Assembly: GCA_945878555.1 (NCBI GenBank)
Contig: CAMDWI010000007.1
Span: forward strand, 67,698-131,697
Length of the DNA stretch: 64,000 nt
Origin: Klebsiella pneumoniae
GTDB lineage: Bacteria > Pseudomonadota > Gammaproteobacteria > Eutrophobiales > Eutrophobiaceae
Reading direction: 5' to 3'
Of the stretch, positions 20,342-31,716 are shown piece after piece. The notes beneath the pieces were generated by a model, which did no database searches, was not told the origin of the DNA, and saw only the letters and a list, made by a program, of their open reading frames with translations. The translations under genes and the position numbers were made by a program. Each line of letters starts with the position of its first letter. Position 1 is the stretch's first letter.

Positions 20342-20914
20342 ATGGGTGTCACCACATTTGTATTGTTCGGTGTATTTGCCGTCGGGCTGGTTTATACCAT
20401 CACCCTTTATAACAGTCTGGTCACACTGAAACATAATGTGGACAAGGCCTGGTCAAATATAGATGTATTGCTGAAGCAGCGCCATGATGAGTTGCCCAAG
20501 CTTGTGGAGACCTGCAAGCAATACATGCGCTTTGAGCAGGAGACGCTGGACAAGGTGATGCAGGCACGCTCGGCGGTGTCCAGCGCTCGCGAACGAGCTG
20601 ACGTCGGCGCACTTGGTACTGCCGAAACACAGTTGCGCACGGGTCTGGGATCGCTGTTTGCCCTCGCCGAGGCCTACCCGGACTTGAAAGCCAACCAGAA
20701 CTTCCAGCATTTACAATCACGGATCTCCGGACTGGAGGATGCGATTGCCGATCGACGTGAGTTCTACAATGAAAGTGTAAACACGAACAACATCCGCATC
20801 GAACAGTTTCCGGATGTGATCATTGCGCGGATGTTTAATTTCATCAAACGCGAGTTATTGCAGTTCAGTCAGGAAGAGTTAAAAGACGTCAATCTGCAAG
20901 CGCTTTTCAAATAA
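20342..20914 (+). CDS. lemA: LemA family protein
   Basis: N-terminal TM; YNSLV, AWSNIDVLLKQRHD, EAYPDLKA, RREFYN motifs. Confidence 0.93.
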   Translation: MGVTTFVLFGVFAVGLVYTITLYNSLVTLKHNVDKAWSNIDVLLKQRHDELPKLVETCKQYMRFEQETLDKVMQARSAVSSARERADVGALGTAETQLRTGLGSLFALAEAYPDLKANQNFQHLQSRISGLEDAIADRREFYNESVNTNNIRIEQFPDVIIARMFNFIKRELLQFSQEELKDVNLQALFK

Positions 20915-20923
20915 ACTGCGGCG

Positions 20924-21862
20924 ATGTCGTTACTGGCAACGGTCGCCGAATGGGCGCAGTTCAGTCCAGCTGACGAATTCTGGACTGTAGCAGCAGGTAG
21001 TATCATTGCCAGCATAGCCGGATTCATTGGTGGCTTCTGGTTTCTCCATCGCAAGCGCACGTTCGAAAACATACCCACTTCAAAGATCCGCTCTGCAGCC
21101 CAGGGCTATATCGAACTGGACGGCAAGGGCTTACTGATGGAAGGTCCGCCGATCCATGCGCCACTGACCGGTATACGCTGTACCTGGTACAGCTATACTA
21201 TCCAGGAACGTCGGGGTGCGGGCAAAAATTCGCGCTGGGTAACAATAGAGAAGGGTACGAGTGATGAACTGTTTCTGTTGATTGATGACACCGGCAAATG
21301 CGTCATCGATCCGGAAGGTGCCAGCGTTATCCCGACAGTCACCGACGCATGGTATGGCGTCACACCTCGCCCGCAGGGCGGTTCAAAACTCCGGCGCGGC
21401 ATCTTCTCCGGTGGAAATTTCCTCTATACCGAAATGCGTATGCATCCGGGAGACACGCTGTATGCGATTGGATTATTCAAGACTGTCGGCGGGGCCAGCG
21501 CCGAGTTGAACGTAAACGCCGAGGTTGTGCAGTTACTGAAGGAATGGAAGGCAGACAGTGAACGTTTGTTGCTCACCCATGATCACAACCGTGATGGACA
21601 GTTGGACATGCATGAATGGGAACAGGTCCGCAATGCAGCCTTGCAGGAGGTGCTGTCACATCATCAGGAGATCCGTACCGTACCTCCGGTCAATGTGCTC
21701 GGCAAGACACAGGACCCACGTCGGCCATACATATTATCTGCAATACCACAACATAGCCTGATCCGGCGTTATCATCATTACTCAGCCGCGCTGATCTCAT
21801 TGTTTTTCATCGCGGGGATACTGGCTTGCTGGCTGGTGGGACTGCGCTATTATAATTTATAA
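20924..21862 (+). CDS. GIDE/BAM-domain membrane protein with EF-hand-like loop
   Basis: TM at both ends; PTSKIRSAAQGYIELDG, APLTG..C.WY, F.L.DDTG...IDP; DHNRDGQLDMHE loop; follows lemA. Confidence 0.75.
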   Translation: MSLLATVAEWAQFSPADEFWTVAAGSIIASIAGFIGGFWFLHRKRTFENIPTSKIRSAAQGYIELDGKGLLMEGPPIHAPLTGIRCTWYSYTIQERRGAGKNSRWVTIEKGTSDELFLLIDDTGKCVIDPEGASVIPTVTDAWYGVTPRPQGGSKLRRGIFSGGNFLYTEMRMHPGDTLYAIGLFKTVGGASAELNVNAEVVQLLKEWKADSERLLLTHDHNRDGQLDMHEWEQVRNAALQEVLSHHQEIRTVPPVNVLGKTQDPRRPYILSAIPQHSLIRRYHHYSAALISLFFIAGILACWLVGLRYYNL

Positions 21863-21892
21863 AACTCACTCCAAAACAGGAAATAACAGTAT

Positions 21893-22690
21893 ATGAGCTG
21901 GTGGGGCACAGTCATTGGTGGTGCATTTGGGTTCCTCGTCGGCGGACCGCTGGGTGCGTTACTCGGCGCGGCCCTGGGTCGTAATTTTGATCAGGGCCTG
22001 AACAAGCTGCCTGGTGGAGGGGCAAGGGCAGGGCATTACAAACAGCAGGAACGCATCCAGACTGCCTTCTTTACAGCCACCTTTTCTATCATGGGTCATA
22101 TCTGCAAGGCCGATGGGCTGGTCTCCTCGGCAGAAATACGCGTGGCACGTCATGTCATGGCACAGATGCAATTAAATCCGGAACAGGTAAATGCCGCGAT
22201 GGCCCTGTTTAATGAAGGCAAGAAACCGGAGTTTTCGCTGGACGCTGTGCTGAATCAGCTGCGTACGGAGATTGGCCATCGACAAACTCTCAAACGCATG
22301 TTTATCGAGATACAGTGTATCGCCGCCACGGCGGATAATGTTGTAGACCACACCGAACGCAAGCTGCTGCTGCACCTCTGTGACGTCATAGGTTTCAGCC
22401 GGACGGAGCTGGAAGGTCTGCTTAACGCCTTCAACAGCAACTTCCATCGCGGACAACAGGGCGCAAGTCCGGCCCGGAACAGTGCGAGTGAGGCGTACAA
22501 GATCCTTGGAGTAAAGGCCTCGGACAGTGATGATGAAATAAAAAAGGCCTACCGGCGCCTGATCAGCCAGCATCATCCGGACAAACTGGTCTCAAAGGGA
22601 CTGCCAGAAGAAATGATAAAAATCGCGACGGCGAGGACGCATGAAATCCGCCAGGCCTACGAAGTGTTGAAGGAAAATCGGGGGTTTTGA
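21893..22690 (+). CDS. djlA: Co-chaperone DjlA
   Basis: Gly-rich N-terminal TM, TerB-like KADG, C-terminal J domain with HPD (QHHPDKL). Confidence 0.93.
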   Translation: MSWWGTVIGGAFGFLVGGPLGALLGAALGRNFDQGLNKLPGGGARAGHYKQQERIQTAFFTATFSIMGHICKADGLVSSAEIRVARHVMAQMQLNPEQVNAAMALFNEGKKPEFSLDAVLNQLRTEIGHRQTLKRMFIEIQCIAATADNVVDHTERKLLLHLCDVIGFSRTELEGLLNAFNSNFHRGQQGASPARNSASEAYKILGVKASDSDDEIKKAYRRLISQHHPDKLVSKGLPEEMIKIATARTHEIRQAYEVLKENRGF

Positions 22691-22704
22691 CCGGGCGATG
22701 CCGC

Positions 22705-23139
22705 TCAACGCAGGCGCTTGTCCTGCTCCTCCTCAAACTCGCCCTCAATAATAACAAATCCTTTTTCTGTCGTGGCAGGGCGAATCACAGTCAACCGCCG
22801 GGTTAATGCGCGGGCCAAACGAGCACGTACCGGCGGTATCAGACATAGCAGTGCAGCAATATCCGTAAAGAACCCCGGGACCAATAATAATAGTCCGGCC
22901 AACAGTAATATCATGGCCTCGACCATGTCTACTGCAGGTGGCTCACCCAACCGGACCTTTTCCTGCACTCGTCGGAATGTTTGCATACCCTGTTGTCTGA
23001 ACAACCAGGTACCCGAGACGGCAGTAAAGATACAAAGCGCAATCGTGGGCAAGGCACCTATGACCCGACCCACCTGGATAAACAGATAAATTTCAACCAG
23101 GGGAATAATCAGAAATAATAGAAATAGGATTCTTAACAT
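22705..23139 (-). CDS. fxsA: FxsA family membrane protein
   Basis: IPLVEIYLFIQVG, LLLVPGFFTD, C-terminal IIEGEF; divergent from cutA. Confidence 0.9.
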   Translation of the reverse strand: MLRILFLLFLIIPLVEIYLFIQVGRVIGALPTIALCIFTAVSGTWLFRQQGMQTFRRVQEKVRLGEPPAVDMVEAMILLLAGLLLLVPGFFTDIAALLCLIPPVRARLARALTRRLTVIRPATTEKGFVIIEGEFEEEQDKRLR

Positions 23140-23231
23140 AGGCTGATAATAACCGGAATTACAAAGAAATTGGCTTATTGGTTCAGGTATGGGCAAAATA
23201 GCATCTTAAAGGTCGTAAATCCGGATAACTT

Positions 23232-23564
23232 ATGTCTAAACAGAGCAAACACCTGCTGGTACTGACAACTTGCCCAGGATCGATAACAGCAAAAAAGATT
23301 GCCAATGATCTGGTCGCAGAGAAACTGGCCGCCTGCGTACAGGTCATACCGGGTATCCAGTCATTTTTTCGCTGGGTAGGCAAGGTTGATAACTCCGAAG
23401 AGATCCTGCTGATTATCAAGACGACGAGAGACCGATATCAGGCACTGGAGGACAGGATTACCGCCTTGCATCCATATGAACTCCCTGAAATTATTACACT
23501 GCCGATTAATGGTGGACTGGCTGGATATCTGGCATGGATCGAAACAAATACAGTAGCGGACTAG
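23232..23564 (+). CDS. cutA: Divalent-cation tolerance protein CutA
   Basis: LVAEKLAACVQ, HPYELPEII, YLAWI. Confidence 0.93.
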   Translation: MSKQSKHLLVLTTCPGSITAKKIANDLVAEKLAACVQVIPGIQSFFRWVGKVDNSEEILLIIKTTRDRYQALEDRITALHPYELPEIITLPINGGLAGYLAWIETNTVAD

Positions 23565-23607
23565 ACCGGTTTTCCACCGTGTCAGCTGGCTATGGCCAGG
23601 GTAAGGC

Positions 23608-25497
23608 ATGAAGCTCGGCCGACTGACAGTGCTGCTGGTGCTGGTGCTATTCTGTAGTACCGGGGCTGCCCAGAGTCTGAGTGAGCGTTTGCAAAATCTG
23701 CGCGGCATGGCCAGCACGCCGGAACAGGACTTCCTGCACCCGGACCAGGCCTTTGTCATGTCGGCGTCAGTCGACGGACCCAACCTTATCAACGTGCAAT
23801 GGCAGATCGCCGAAGGTTATTACCTGTATCACGACAAGTTTACCTTCGAGATTACCGAGGGTGCGGCCAGAGTCGAGGCGAGTTCAATTGTTGTCCCTCC
23901 TGGCAAGACCAAGGAAGACCCATCCTTCGGTAGCGTGGAGATCAACACAGGCGATATCGCGATAGATGTGCCGCTGATCCGCACCCGGGACACCGAATCC
24001 CCGGTTACCTTGCAGATCGGCTATCAGGGCTGCAAGGACAATTCCCTCTGTTATCCGCCTATCAAGAAATCCGTGCCACTGATCCTGTCCGCTGTGACTG
24101 CTGAAAACAGTAATGTCGCGAGTGCCAGCAATGTCAGCGCCCGGCCCGAATCTGGAGCCGGTGCCGCCAGCGGGCCGATTGAAATATCCGAACAGGATGA
24201 GTTCACACAGAAACTGAAAGAAGGCAGTTTGCTGCTGAATATATTGCTGTTCTTCGGAGCCGGACTGCTGCTCGCGGTCACGCCCTGTGTATTTCCGATG
24301 ATCCCTATCCTGTCCGGCATCATCGTCGGTCAGGAAAAGACAGTCACTCATGCCCGGGGCTTTGTCCTGTCACTGGTATATGTTGTTGCGATGGCCCTGA
24401 CCTATGCGGTCATAGGCGTGGTAGCAGCAATGGCAGAGATGAATATCCAGGCAGCGGCACAGAACGTCTGGGTTATCTCCATCTTTTGTCTGGTATTTGT
24501 CGCGCTGGCATTATCGATGTTCGGGTTTTACGAGATCCAGATGCCTTCTGCACTGCAGGATCGGCTGGTTCGCATCAGTAACAGTCAACAGGGCGGCACC
24601 TTGTCCGGTGTGGCAATTATGGGCGCTGTTTCCGCCATCATTGTGGGACCCTGCGTTGCACCACCATTGATCGGGGCACTGGCCTATATCAGCCAGACCG
24701 GTGACAAACTGCTGGGCGGGATGGCACTGTTTGCGATGGGTATGGGTATGGGTGTACCGCTGCTGGCGATCGGTGCCTCGGCCGGTTCGCTGCTGCCGAA
24801 GGCAGGTGGCTGGATGGACACGGTAAAGCAGGTGTTTGGTGTGGGTCTGCTGGCAATCGCAATCTGGTTCCTTGCACGCGTTGTCTCCCCGACCGTAGAG
24901 CTGTATCTGTGGGCAGCGCTGCTGATGATCAGCGCCATTTATATGGGTGCGCTCGACCAACTCGATAAAAATGCAGGCTGGGCGCGGTTATGGAAGGGTA
25001 TTGGCCTGCTCATGCTGGCTTACGGCTTGTTGCTAATGGTCGGTGCGTCTTCGGGTAGCGAGAACTTCTTTAAACCGCTGGAAAGTTTTGCCAGTGCGTC
25101 GGGTAACGCAACGAAGTCCGAAGACAAGCTGGTTTTTAAACGGATAAAAAGTGTGGCCGACCTGGACCGTGAACTGGATCTGGCGGCTCAAAATGGACAG
25201 TCAACCATGCTGGATTTCTACGCGGACTGGTGCATTGAATGTATCCGCATGGAATCAAATACATTCACCCAGGAGAATGTGCATCAGGCACTCGACAAGG
25301 TGGTGCTATTACAGGCAGATGTCACGGCCAATGATGACACCGATAAGGAATTACTGCGCCGTTTTGGCATTTACGGGCCACCCGCAATCCTGTTTTTTGA
25401 TCACAACGGGGACGAGCGGACGGCGTATCGTATGTTCGGTTATGCGAATGCGGAAAAATTTGCAGCGCATGTGAACAAGGCCGTTAGCCGCATATGA
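23608..25497 (+). CDS. dsbD: Protein-disulfide reductase DsbD
   Basis: YQGC...LCYPP, TPCVFPMIPIL, PCVAPPL, thioredoxin WCIEC. Confidence 0.95.
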   Translation: MKLGRLTVLLVLVLFCSTGAAQSLSERLQNLRGMASTPEQDFLHPDQAFVMSASVDGPNLINVQWQIAEGYYLYHDKFTFEITEGAARVEASSIVVPPGKTKEDPSFGSVEINTGDIAIDVPLIRTRDTESPVTLQIGYQGCKDNSLCYPPIKKSVPLILSAVTAENSNVASASNVSARPESGAGAASGPIEISEQDEFTQKLKEGSLLLNILLFFGAGLLLAVTPCVFPMIPILSGIIVGQEKTVTHARGFVLSLVYVVAMALTYAVIGVVAAMAEMNIQAAAQNVWVISIFCLVFVALALSMFGFYEIQMPSALQDRLVRISNSQQGGTLSGVAIMGAVSAIIVGPCVAPPLIGALAYISQTGDKLLGGMALFAMGMGMGVPLLAIGASAGSLLPKAGGWMDTVKQVFGVGLLAIAIWFLARVVSPTVELYLWAALLMISAIYMGALDQLDKNAGWARLWKGIGLLMLAYGLLLMVGASSGSENFFKPLESFASASGNATKSEDKLVFKRIKSVADLDRELDLAAQNGQSTMLDFYADWCIECIRMESNTFTQENVHQALDKVVLLQADVTANDDTDKELLRRFGIYGPPAILFFDHNGDERTAYRMFGYANAEKFAAHVNKAVSRI

Positions 25498-26060
25498 ACC
25501 GCGCCGGTGCAACTCTGGTTGTTATCGCCTTGTGTTCGGGACTCGCCGGTTTTCTGTTGTCACGTGCAGCCAGCTCACCGCCATCACCCACAGTTGTCAG
25601 CATTGAACCTTCGCATCCGGTGCCGGCGGTCATTGATGTCAGGGGCAGTTACAGACCGGACTTTTCGCTGGCGGATTTATCAGGCAAGATTCGTAATCTG
25701 AGTGAGTGGGATGGCAAGGTTATCGCCGTCAACTTCTGGGCAAGCTGGTGCGCACCCTGTTTGCAGGAAATTCCAGAACTGGTAGATTTACAGCACCGCT
25801 ATGGTGACAGGGGTTTCCAGATTATCGGCCTTGCACTGCAAAAACCGGAAGAGTTGGGTGATTTCGTTGCTGAATATAAAATGAACTACCCGGTACTTGC
25901 CGGTGAGAGTGCGGTTATCGAGATTGCGGAAAGTTTCGGTAACAGCTTCGGAGCGTTACCCTATACTGCAATCATTGACCGGAGCGGCAGGATAATATTC
26001 GTCAAGGCCGGACCGGTCACGGGCAAAGAGGTAGAAGACCTTATCACACCGTTGTTATAA
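25494..26060 (+). CDS. TlpA-family disulfide reductase
   Basis: VNFWASWCAPC; N-terminal anchor; overlaps dsbD stop. Confidence 0.9.
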   Translation: MNRAGATLVVIALCSGLAGFLLSRAASSPPSPTVVSIEPSHPVPAVIDVRGSYRPDFSLADLSGKIRNLSEWDGKVIAVNFWASWCAPCLQEIPELVDLQHRYGDRGFQIIGLALQKPEELGDFVAEYKMNYPVLAGESAVIEIAESFGNSFGALPYTAIIDRSGRIIFVKAGPVTGKEVEDLITPLL

Positions 26061-26180
26061 CTGACTTTTCCCCGATAAATTCGCTCGTATTTCGTCTAAT
26101 TTCTGCTAATATGATTCCATTGGCAGCTAATTCCATAAACTGTAAATTTTAATCTTATACCGTACTACTCGGGGTAATTA

Positions 26181-26624
26181 ATGGCTACTGTGCTGGTTAT
26201 AAACGGCCCTAATCTTAATCTGCTGGGCAAGCGGGAACCACAACTGTATGGTTCAACCACACTCACACAGATAGTGCAGTCGCTGGAGATCGAGGCAAAG
26301 GCACTCGGTCATATGCTTGAGCATTTCCAGAGTAATGCCGAACATGAATTGATTGACCGGATACATCTGGCACGTGAGCAGGGCGTTGCCTGGATCATTA
26401 TCAATCCGGGTGCCTACACCCATACCAGCATTGCACTGCGCGATGCGCTGCTCGGCGTTGCGATACCGTTTATCGAGGTACATCTGTCAAACGTATTTGC
26501 CCGGGAGACCTTTCGCCAGCATTCTTACCTGTCTGATGTCGCCGTCGGCGTCATCAGCGGACTCGGTGCCCCGGGATACCTGTATGCATTAAAGGCTATA
26601 AACCAGAGACTCAAGGAGAATTAA
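26181..26624 (+). CDS. aroQ: Type II 3-dehydroquinate dehydratase
   Basis: [31 protein letters not shown]. Confidence 0.96.
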   Translation: MATVLVINGPNLNLLGKREPQLYGSTTLTQIVQSLEIEAKALGHMLEHFQSNAEHELIDRIHLAREQGVAWIIINPGAYTHTSIALRDALLGVAIPFIEVHLSNVFARETFRQHSYLSDVAVGVISGLGAPGYLYALKAINQRLKEN

Positions 26625-26627
26625 GGC

Positions 26628-27080
26628 GTGGACATCCGCAAGGTTAAAAAACTGATCGAGATGCTTGAAGAATCGAAGATCTCGGAGATTGAAATTCATG
26701 AGGGGGAGGAATCTGTCCGTATCAGCCGGCACAGTTCGATGACTGACCAGCCGCAAACCTATGTGCAGGTACCGATGTCCGGCCAGCGCCAGGAATCCGC
26801 CAGTGCCGTGCCTGCCCAGCCCGCTGCGCCGGCAGAACCTGAAGGGCTGTATATCAAATCTCCCATGGTCGGCATTTTTTATGGCTCACCTTCACCGGAC
26901 AAGCCTGCCTTTGTTGCCCCGGGCACAGAGGTCAAGCTTGGCGATATTGTCTGTATCATCGAGGCGATGAAGATCATGAACCAGATAGAGGCGGATACCG
27001 AAGGAACCGTGGTAAAGATTATGGTGGAAAACGGTGCGCCTGTTGAATATGGCCAGCCCCTGTTCCTGATTCGCAAGTAA
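26628..27080 (+). CDS. accB: Acetyl-CoA carboxylase biotin carboxyl carrier protein
   Basis: MDIRKVKKLIE, EAMK biotin motif. Confidence 0.96.
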   Translation: MDIRKVKKLIEMLEESKISEIEIHEGEESVRISRHSSMTDQPQTYVQVPMSGQRQESASAVPAQPAAPAEPEGLYIKSPMVGIFYGSPSPDKPAFVAPGTEVKLGDIVCIIEAMKIMNQIEADTEGTVVKIMVENGAPVEYGQPLFLIRK

Positions 27081-27130
27081 GCGGATACAGCCAATAACTG
27101 AACAAACAAACCATTCTGGACCCAGCCTGT

Positions 27131-28474
27131 ATGCTTGAAAAAGTAGTCATTGCCAATCGTGGTGAAATTGCCCTGCGTATATTACGCGCCTGCCACGAAC
27201 TCGGAATCCGGACTGTCGCTGTATTTTCCGAGGTCGACAGAAACCAGAAACACGTATTGCTTGCCGACGAGGCCGTCTGTATCGGTCCGGCCAGTTCAAT
27301 GGAAAGTTACATGAATATCCCCGCCGTCATCAGTGCGGCCGAGGTGACCGATGCCGTGGGTATCCATCCTGGTTACGGCTTTTTGTCCGAGAACCCGGAT
27401 TTTGCTGAGCGGGTTGAGAAAAGCGGATTTGTGTTTATCGGACCGCGCTCGGAGACGATACGTCTGATGGGCAGCAAGATCTCTGCACGGAATGTAATGA
27501 AGGAATCCGGCGTGCCCTGTGTACCCGGCTCCGATGGCCCATTGAGCGATGACCCGGTCGAGTTTACCCGTACGGCACGCGACATCGGTTATCCCGTTAT
27601 CATCAAGGCCTCCGGTGGCGGTGGTGGCCGGGGTATGCGAGTGGTCCATAGTGAGGCGGCGCTGCGTAACGCGGTTGCGCTGACACGATCTGAAGCACTG
27701 GCGGCATTTAATGACGACACCATCTACATGGAAAAATACCTGGAAAATCCGCGTCATGTCGAGATCCAGGTACTGGCAGACAAACACGGCAACATCATCC
27801 ATCTGGGTGATCGCGACTGTTCTATGCAACGGCGTAACCAGAAAATCCTCGAAGAGGCACCAGCACCGCATATCAAGGAAAAGCTGCGGCGCAAGGTCGG
27901 TGAATTATGTGTCGAGGCCTGCCGCAAGATAGGATATGTCAGTGCAGGAACGTTCGAGTTCCTGTATGAAAATGACAATTTCTACTTTATCGAGATGAAT
28001 ACCCGTGTCCAGGTTGAACACCCGATCACTGAGCTGATTACCGGTGTCGATATCGTCAAGGAGCAGTTGCGGATAGCGGCAGGCGAAAAACTGTCCTACA
28101 AGCAATCGGACATCCAGATGCGCGGCCATGCGATTGAATGTCGTATCAACGCCGAGGACCCGGAAAAGTTCATACCCTGTCCGGGCGTTATCAACCACTA
28201 TCATCCGCCCGGCGGCCCTGGCATCCGCGTCGATACACATGTGTATCAGGGTTACGCGGTCCCCCCGCATTATGATTCGCTCATAGGCAAACTGATTGCA
28301 CACGGAGAGACACGTGAACTGGCGATCAGACGGATGGCGATGGCGCTGTCCGAGATTGTAATTGAGGGAATCAAGACGAACATTCCGTTACACAGAAACC
28401 TGATGAATGACGCGGCCTTTATCGCAGGCGGTACCAACATCCATTATCTAGAAAAGAAGCTTGGACTCAAATAA
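27131..28474 (+). CDS. accC: Biotin carboxylase
   Basis: [38 protein letters not shown]. Confidence 0.97.
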   Translation: MLEKVVIANRGEIALRILRACHELGIRTVAVFSEVDRNQKHVLLADEAVCIGPASSMESYMNIPAVISAAEVTDAVGIHPGYGFLSENPDFAERVEKSGFVFIGPRSETIRLMGSKISARNVMKESGVPCVPGSDGPLSDDPVEFTRTARDIGYPVIIKASGGGGGRGMRVVHSEAALRNAVALTRSEALAAFNDDTIYMEKYLENPRHVEIQVLADKHGNIIHLGDRDCSMQRRNQKILEEAPAPHIKEKLRRKVGELCVEACRKIGYVSAGTFEFLYENDNFYFIEMNTRVQVEHPITELITGVDIVKEQLRIAAGEKLSYKQSDIQMRGHAIECRINAEDPEKFIPCPGVINHYHPPGGPGIRVDTHVYQGYAVPPHYDSLIGKLIAHGETRELAIRRMAMALSEIVIEGIKTNIPLHRNLMNDAAFIAGGTNIHYLEKKLGLK

Positions 28475-29375
28475 CCCTGAAGCGGCATCCTGGGTCCGGC
28501 TGACACTGACCAGCTATCCGCAATACCTGGAAGAGCTGGGAGAGTTGCTGGAAAAGTTTGACGCCATCTCGATCAGCTATACCCCGGCCTCAAGTGAGCC
28601 TGTGTTCGGTGATGACTCCGACGTGGACCGTTTCTGGGAACACACGGCCGTCTCTGCCCTGTTCAATCAGGATGTCGATATGGACATCCTGATCGCCTGT
28701 ATCCGCAACAAGGCAGGCACAGACAATATCCTCGACTGCCGGATCGAGCCTGTCATTGATACCAACTGGATAGAAAAACACAAGGTCGGCTTTGCACCGA
28801 TGGTATTTGGCAATCGGCTATGTATCTGTCCGAGCTGGTTGCCGCGCCCGCAGGATATTCCACATGTAATCGAGCTGGATCCGGGCCTGGCATTTGGTAC
28901 CGGCACCCATGCCACTACCGCACTGTGTCTGCAATGGCTGGCCACCCATGATATTGAAGGCAAGAGTGTGATCGATTATGGCTGTGGTTCCGGCATACTC
29001 GGGCTCGCTGCGGCCAAACTCGGTGCCAGCCGCGTATCAGCTGTCGATATCGACCCGCAGGCACTGCTCGCAACACTGGACAATGCCTGTAACAACAGTC
29101 TGCAGGACTCCATTCATACGGCGTTGCCCGCTGACTTTGTCAGGCACACCGCCGATATCCTGATAGCGAACATCCTGCTAAATCCCCTAATAAGCCTGTC
29201 CTCGATGCTGGCTACACTGCTTGAACCGGGCGGCAGAATCGTCCTGTCAGGCGTATTGTCGACGCAGACCGAACAGTGTCTGCAGGCCTACAGACGCTGG
29301 TTTGATATGGATGAACCGGTATTCCACGATGAATGGGTCATGCTGACCGGCACCCGCAACATGCAGGTGGACTAA
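28461..29375 (+). CDS. prmA: Ribosomal protein L11 methyltransferase
   Basis: [28 protein letters not shown]. Confidence 0.95.
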   Translation: MDSNNPEAASWVRLTLTSYPQYLEELGELLEKFDAISISYTPASSEPVFGDDSDVDRFWEHTAVSALFNQDVDMDILIACIRNKAGTDNILDCRIEPVIDTNWIEKHKVGFAPMVFGNRLCICPSWLPRPQDIPHVIELDPGLAFGTGTHATTALCLQWLATHDIEGKSVIDYGCGSGILGLAAAKLGASRVSAVDIDPQALLATLDNACNNSLQDSIHTALPADFVRHTADILIANILLNPLISLSSMLATLLEPGGRIVLSGVLSTQTEQCLQAYRRWFDMDEPVFHDEWVMLTGTRNMQVD

Positions 29376-29387
29376 AGGTCCTCTGTC

Positions 29388-30179
29388 ATGATTACGGCCT
29401 GCCCCGCCTGTAACCGACAATTCCGGATCTATGCACAACAATTGTCTGCGGCCAGGGGGATGGTACAGTGCGGCTTTTGCGGTGAGCAATTCAATGCGCT
29501 GGAACGATTGTATGATCACCCCTCACAGATAAAGACTACGTCACCGCTACCTTCCGCAGAAGATGATGATACAGACGAGCCCCGCTTTGAGATACCGGAA
29601 GCGCCGACTGCTATTACCCTGGCCGCTGCACCGCAACCGGATCGACCTGACAGTGACGACGACATAGCCATTGAGCTGCTGGTCGCCGAGACCAGGCCAC
29701 GATCGTGGTTCGCCACAGTGATGTGGACAATCGGGGTACTCATATTATTCACCGCCATCCTGCTACAGCTCGCCTGGTTTAATCGGGACCTTTTGCTCGA
29801 ACGTTATCCGGAGTACCTGCCTCTGGCCAAACAACTGTGTGAGCGTTATGACTGCGAACTGATCCGCGACCGCGATCTTGAGGCTATCGTGCTGGTCAAC
29901 CGGGATGTGCGTGACCATCCCCGATTCAATAATGCCTTACTGGTCAATATTACCATCGAGAACCAGTCGCAGAAGACCCAGCCCTACCCAGGAATCCAGT
30001 TCATATTGTTCGATAATACCGGCAAGGTAACCGCCTACCGGCGCCTGCAGGCGACTGACTATCTTGAGCCTGATATCAACCTGGATTCGGGTATGCGTCC
30101 TGGCCTGCCGCTACATCTGGTACTTGAGGTTGCCGAATCAGCGGAAACAACAGTAGGATTCGAATTCGGTTTTTTCTGA
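29388..30179 (+). CDS. Zinc-ribbon and DUF3426 domain protein
   Basis: CPAC...CGFC N-terminus, central TM, standard position between prmA and dusB. Confidence 0.85.
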   Translation: MITACPACNRQFRIYAQQLSAARGMVQCGFCGEQFNALERLYDHPSQIKTTSPLPSAEDDDTDEPRFEIPEAPTAITLAAAPQPDRPDSDDDIAIELLVAETRPRSWFATVMWTIGVLILFTAILLQLAWFNRDLLLERYPEYLPLAKQLCERYDCELIRDRDLEAIVLVNRDVRDHPRFNNALLVNITIENQSQKTQPYPGIQFILFDNTGKVTAYRRLQATDYLEPDINLDSGMRPGLPLHLVLEVAESAETTVGFEFGFF

Positions 30180-30384
30180 AAGCCGGATGTGATCTTATGG
30201 TCGCGCCGGGAACATAATATTTAAGCGTAAGAAGTAGTTAAGCAATATACCTGCACTGATAGTTTCATTCGCTGATATGCGCTGCCCGTGTAAACGCGAA
30301 AGCAGTGCTTTTCAGCGATTCTATTCCCCGTTATGATTGTGCCTACCCGATGCCGCCATAGACAACAAGAAGCGGTGATTAAGG

Positions 30385-31374
30385 ATGAACTTTATATCTG
30401 ACACTTCCCTGAAGAAAGTCTATCTGGCTCCGATGGCCGGTATTACGGACAAGCCATTCCGTAAACTGTGCCGGAGCATGGGTGCGCACGCCTGTGTATC
30501 AGAGATGACCAGTTCGAATCCGGCGGTGTACCACAGCAGGAAGTCGCAGTTTCGTATGGATATCCTTGATGATGAATCGCCACGGATAGTCCAGATTGCC
30601 GGCGCCGATCCGCAGATGATGGCAGAGGCCGCAATATACAATGTGGAACGTGGGGCTGACATTATCGATATCAATATGGGGTGTCCGGCAAAGAAGGTCT
30701 GTAATGTAATGGCCGGATCCTCGCTGCTGCGTGACGAGCAGCGGGTAGCAAGTATACTTGAATCGGTCGTTAAATCTGTGAGTGTGCCGGTGACGCTGAA
30801 AATCCGTACTGGCTGGGACATACAGACACGTAATGCGCTGACAATCGCGCACATCGCCGAGCAGTCCGGTATACAGCTGCTGACGGTGCATGGGCGTACC
30901 CGCGCCTGCAAATTTAACGGTATTGCCGAACATGACACTGTCGCGGAAATAAAGTCACGCATCGGTATACCCGTGATCGCGAACGGTGATATAAGCTCTC
31001 CACAGGAGGCGTCGCGCATACTGGCTTACACAGGTGCTGATGGTGTGATGATTGGTCGTGCAGCGCTCGGTAACCCGTGGATATTTGCCAGGATACGTGC
31101 CTGGCTGGAAACTGCGACCCTGCCGACGGAGCCCGGGCGAGATGAAATTGGCGCTATCGTGCTTGAACATTTGCAACAGATACACGTTTTTTATGGCGAA
31201 CACACCGGGGTGCGAATTGCCCGCAAGCATATCGGCTGGTATTGCAACAAATTACCCGGATTCGCTTTGTACCAGCCCCTGATTAACAATACAGAAAGCG
31301 CCAGCAGACAGATTCAGCTGGTAGCGGAATACTTCCAGCAGGACTCTGAAACAAACGGGAAAATGGCGGCATGA
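30385..31374 (+). CDS. dusB: tRNA dihydrouridine synthase DusB
   Basis: LAPMAGITD, DINMGCPAKKV, HGRTR; upstream of fis. Confidence 0.95.
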   Translation: MNFISDTSLKKVYLAPMAGITDKPFRKLCRSMGAHACVSEMTSSNPAVYHSRKSQFRMDILDDESPRIVQIAGADPQMMAEAAIYNVERGADIIDINMGCPAKKVCNVMAGSSLLRDEQRVASILESVVKSVSVPVTLKIRTGWDIQTRNALTIAHIAEQSGIQLLTVHGRTRACKFNGIAEHDTVAEIKSRIGIPVIANGDISSPQEASRILAYTGADGVMIGRAALGNPWIFARIRAWLETATLPTEPGRDEIGAIVLEHLQQIHVFYGEHTGVRIARKHIGWYCNKLPGFALYQPLINNTESASRQIQLVAEYFQQDSETNGKMAA

Positions 31375-31655
31375 GATCAGCTAGTCGAAAGAAGAAAAAA
31401 CACGCGGGTAACAGCAGCGGCAATAACTCAAGCAGTCTGGGAGTGCATGTCAGGGAAGTCATGCAAAAGTATTTCAGTGACATGGATGGTCATCAGCCCA
31501 CAGAAGTTTATGAATTAATCCTGTCACAGATTGAAATACCGCTGTTTGAGACCGTCCTTGATTATACCGATGGCAATGTCTCGCGGGCAGCCGAGATCCT
31601 CGGTCTGAACAGGGGCACATTCCGCAATCGTCTCAGAAAGTACGATATGCAGTAA
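31371..31655 (+). CDS. fis: Fis DNA-binding protein
   Basis: GNVSRAAEILGLNRGTFR HTH; dusB-fis synteny. Confidence 0.9.
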   Translation: MRSASRKKKKHAGNSSGNNSSSLGVHVREVMQKYFSDMDGHQPTEVYELILSQIEIPLFETVLDYTDGNVSRAAEILGLNRGTFRNRLRKYDMQ

Positions 31656-31716
31656 GCTGCATATATAATCGCGTAAATCCAGCCAACGCAGTATCAAACC
31701 GGAGGTAGTCAGTTCA

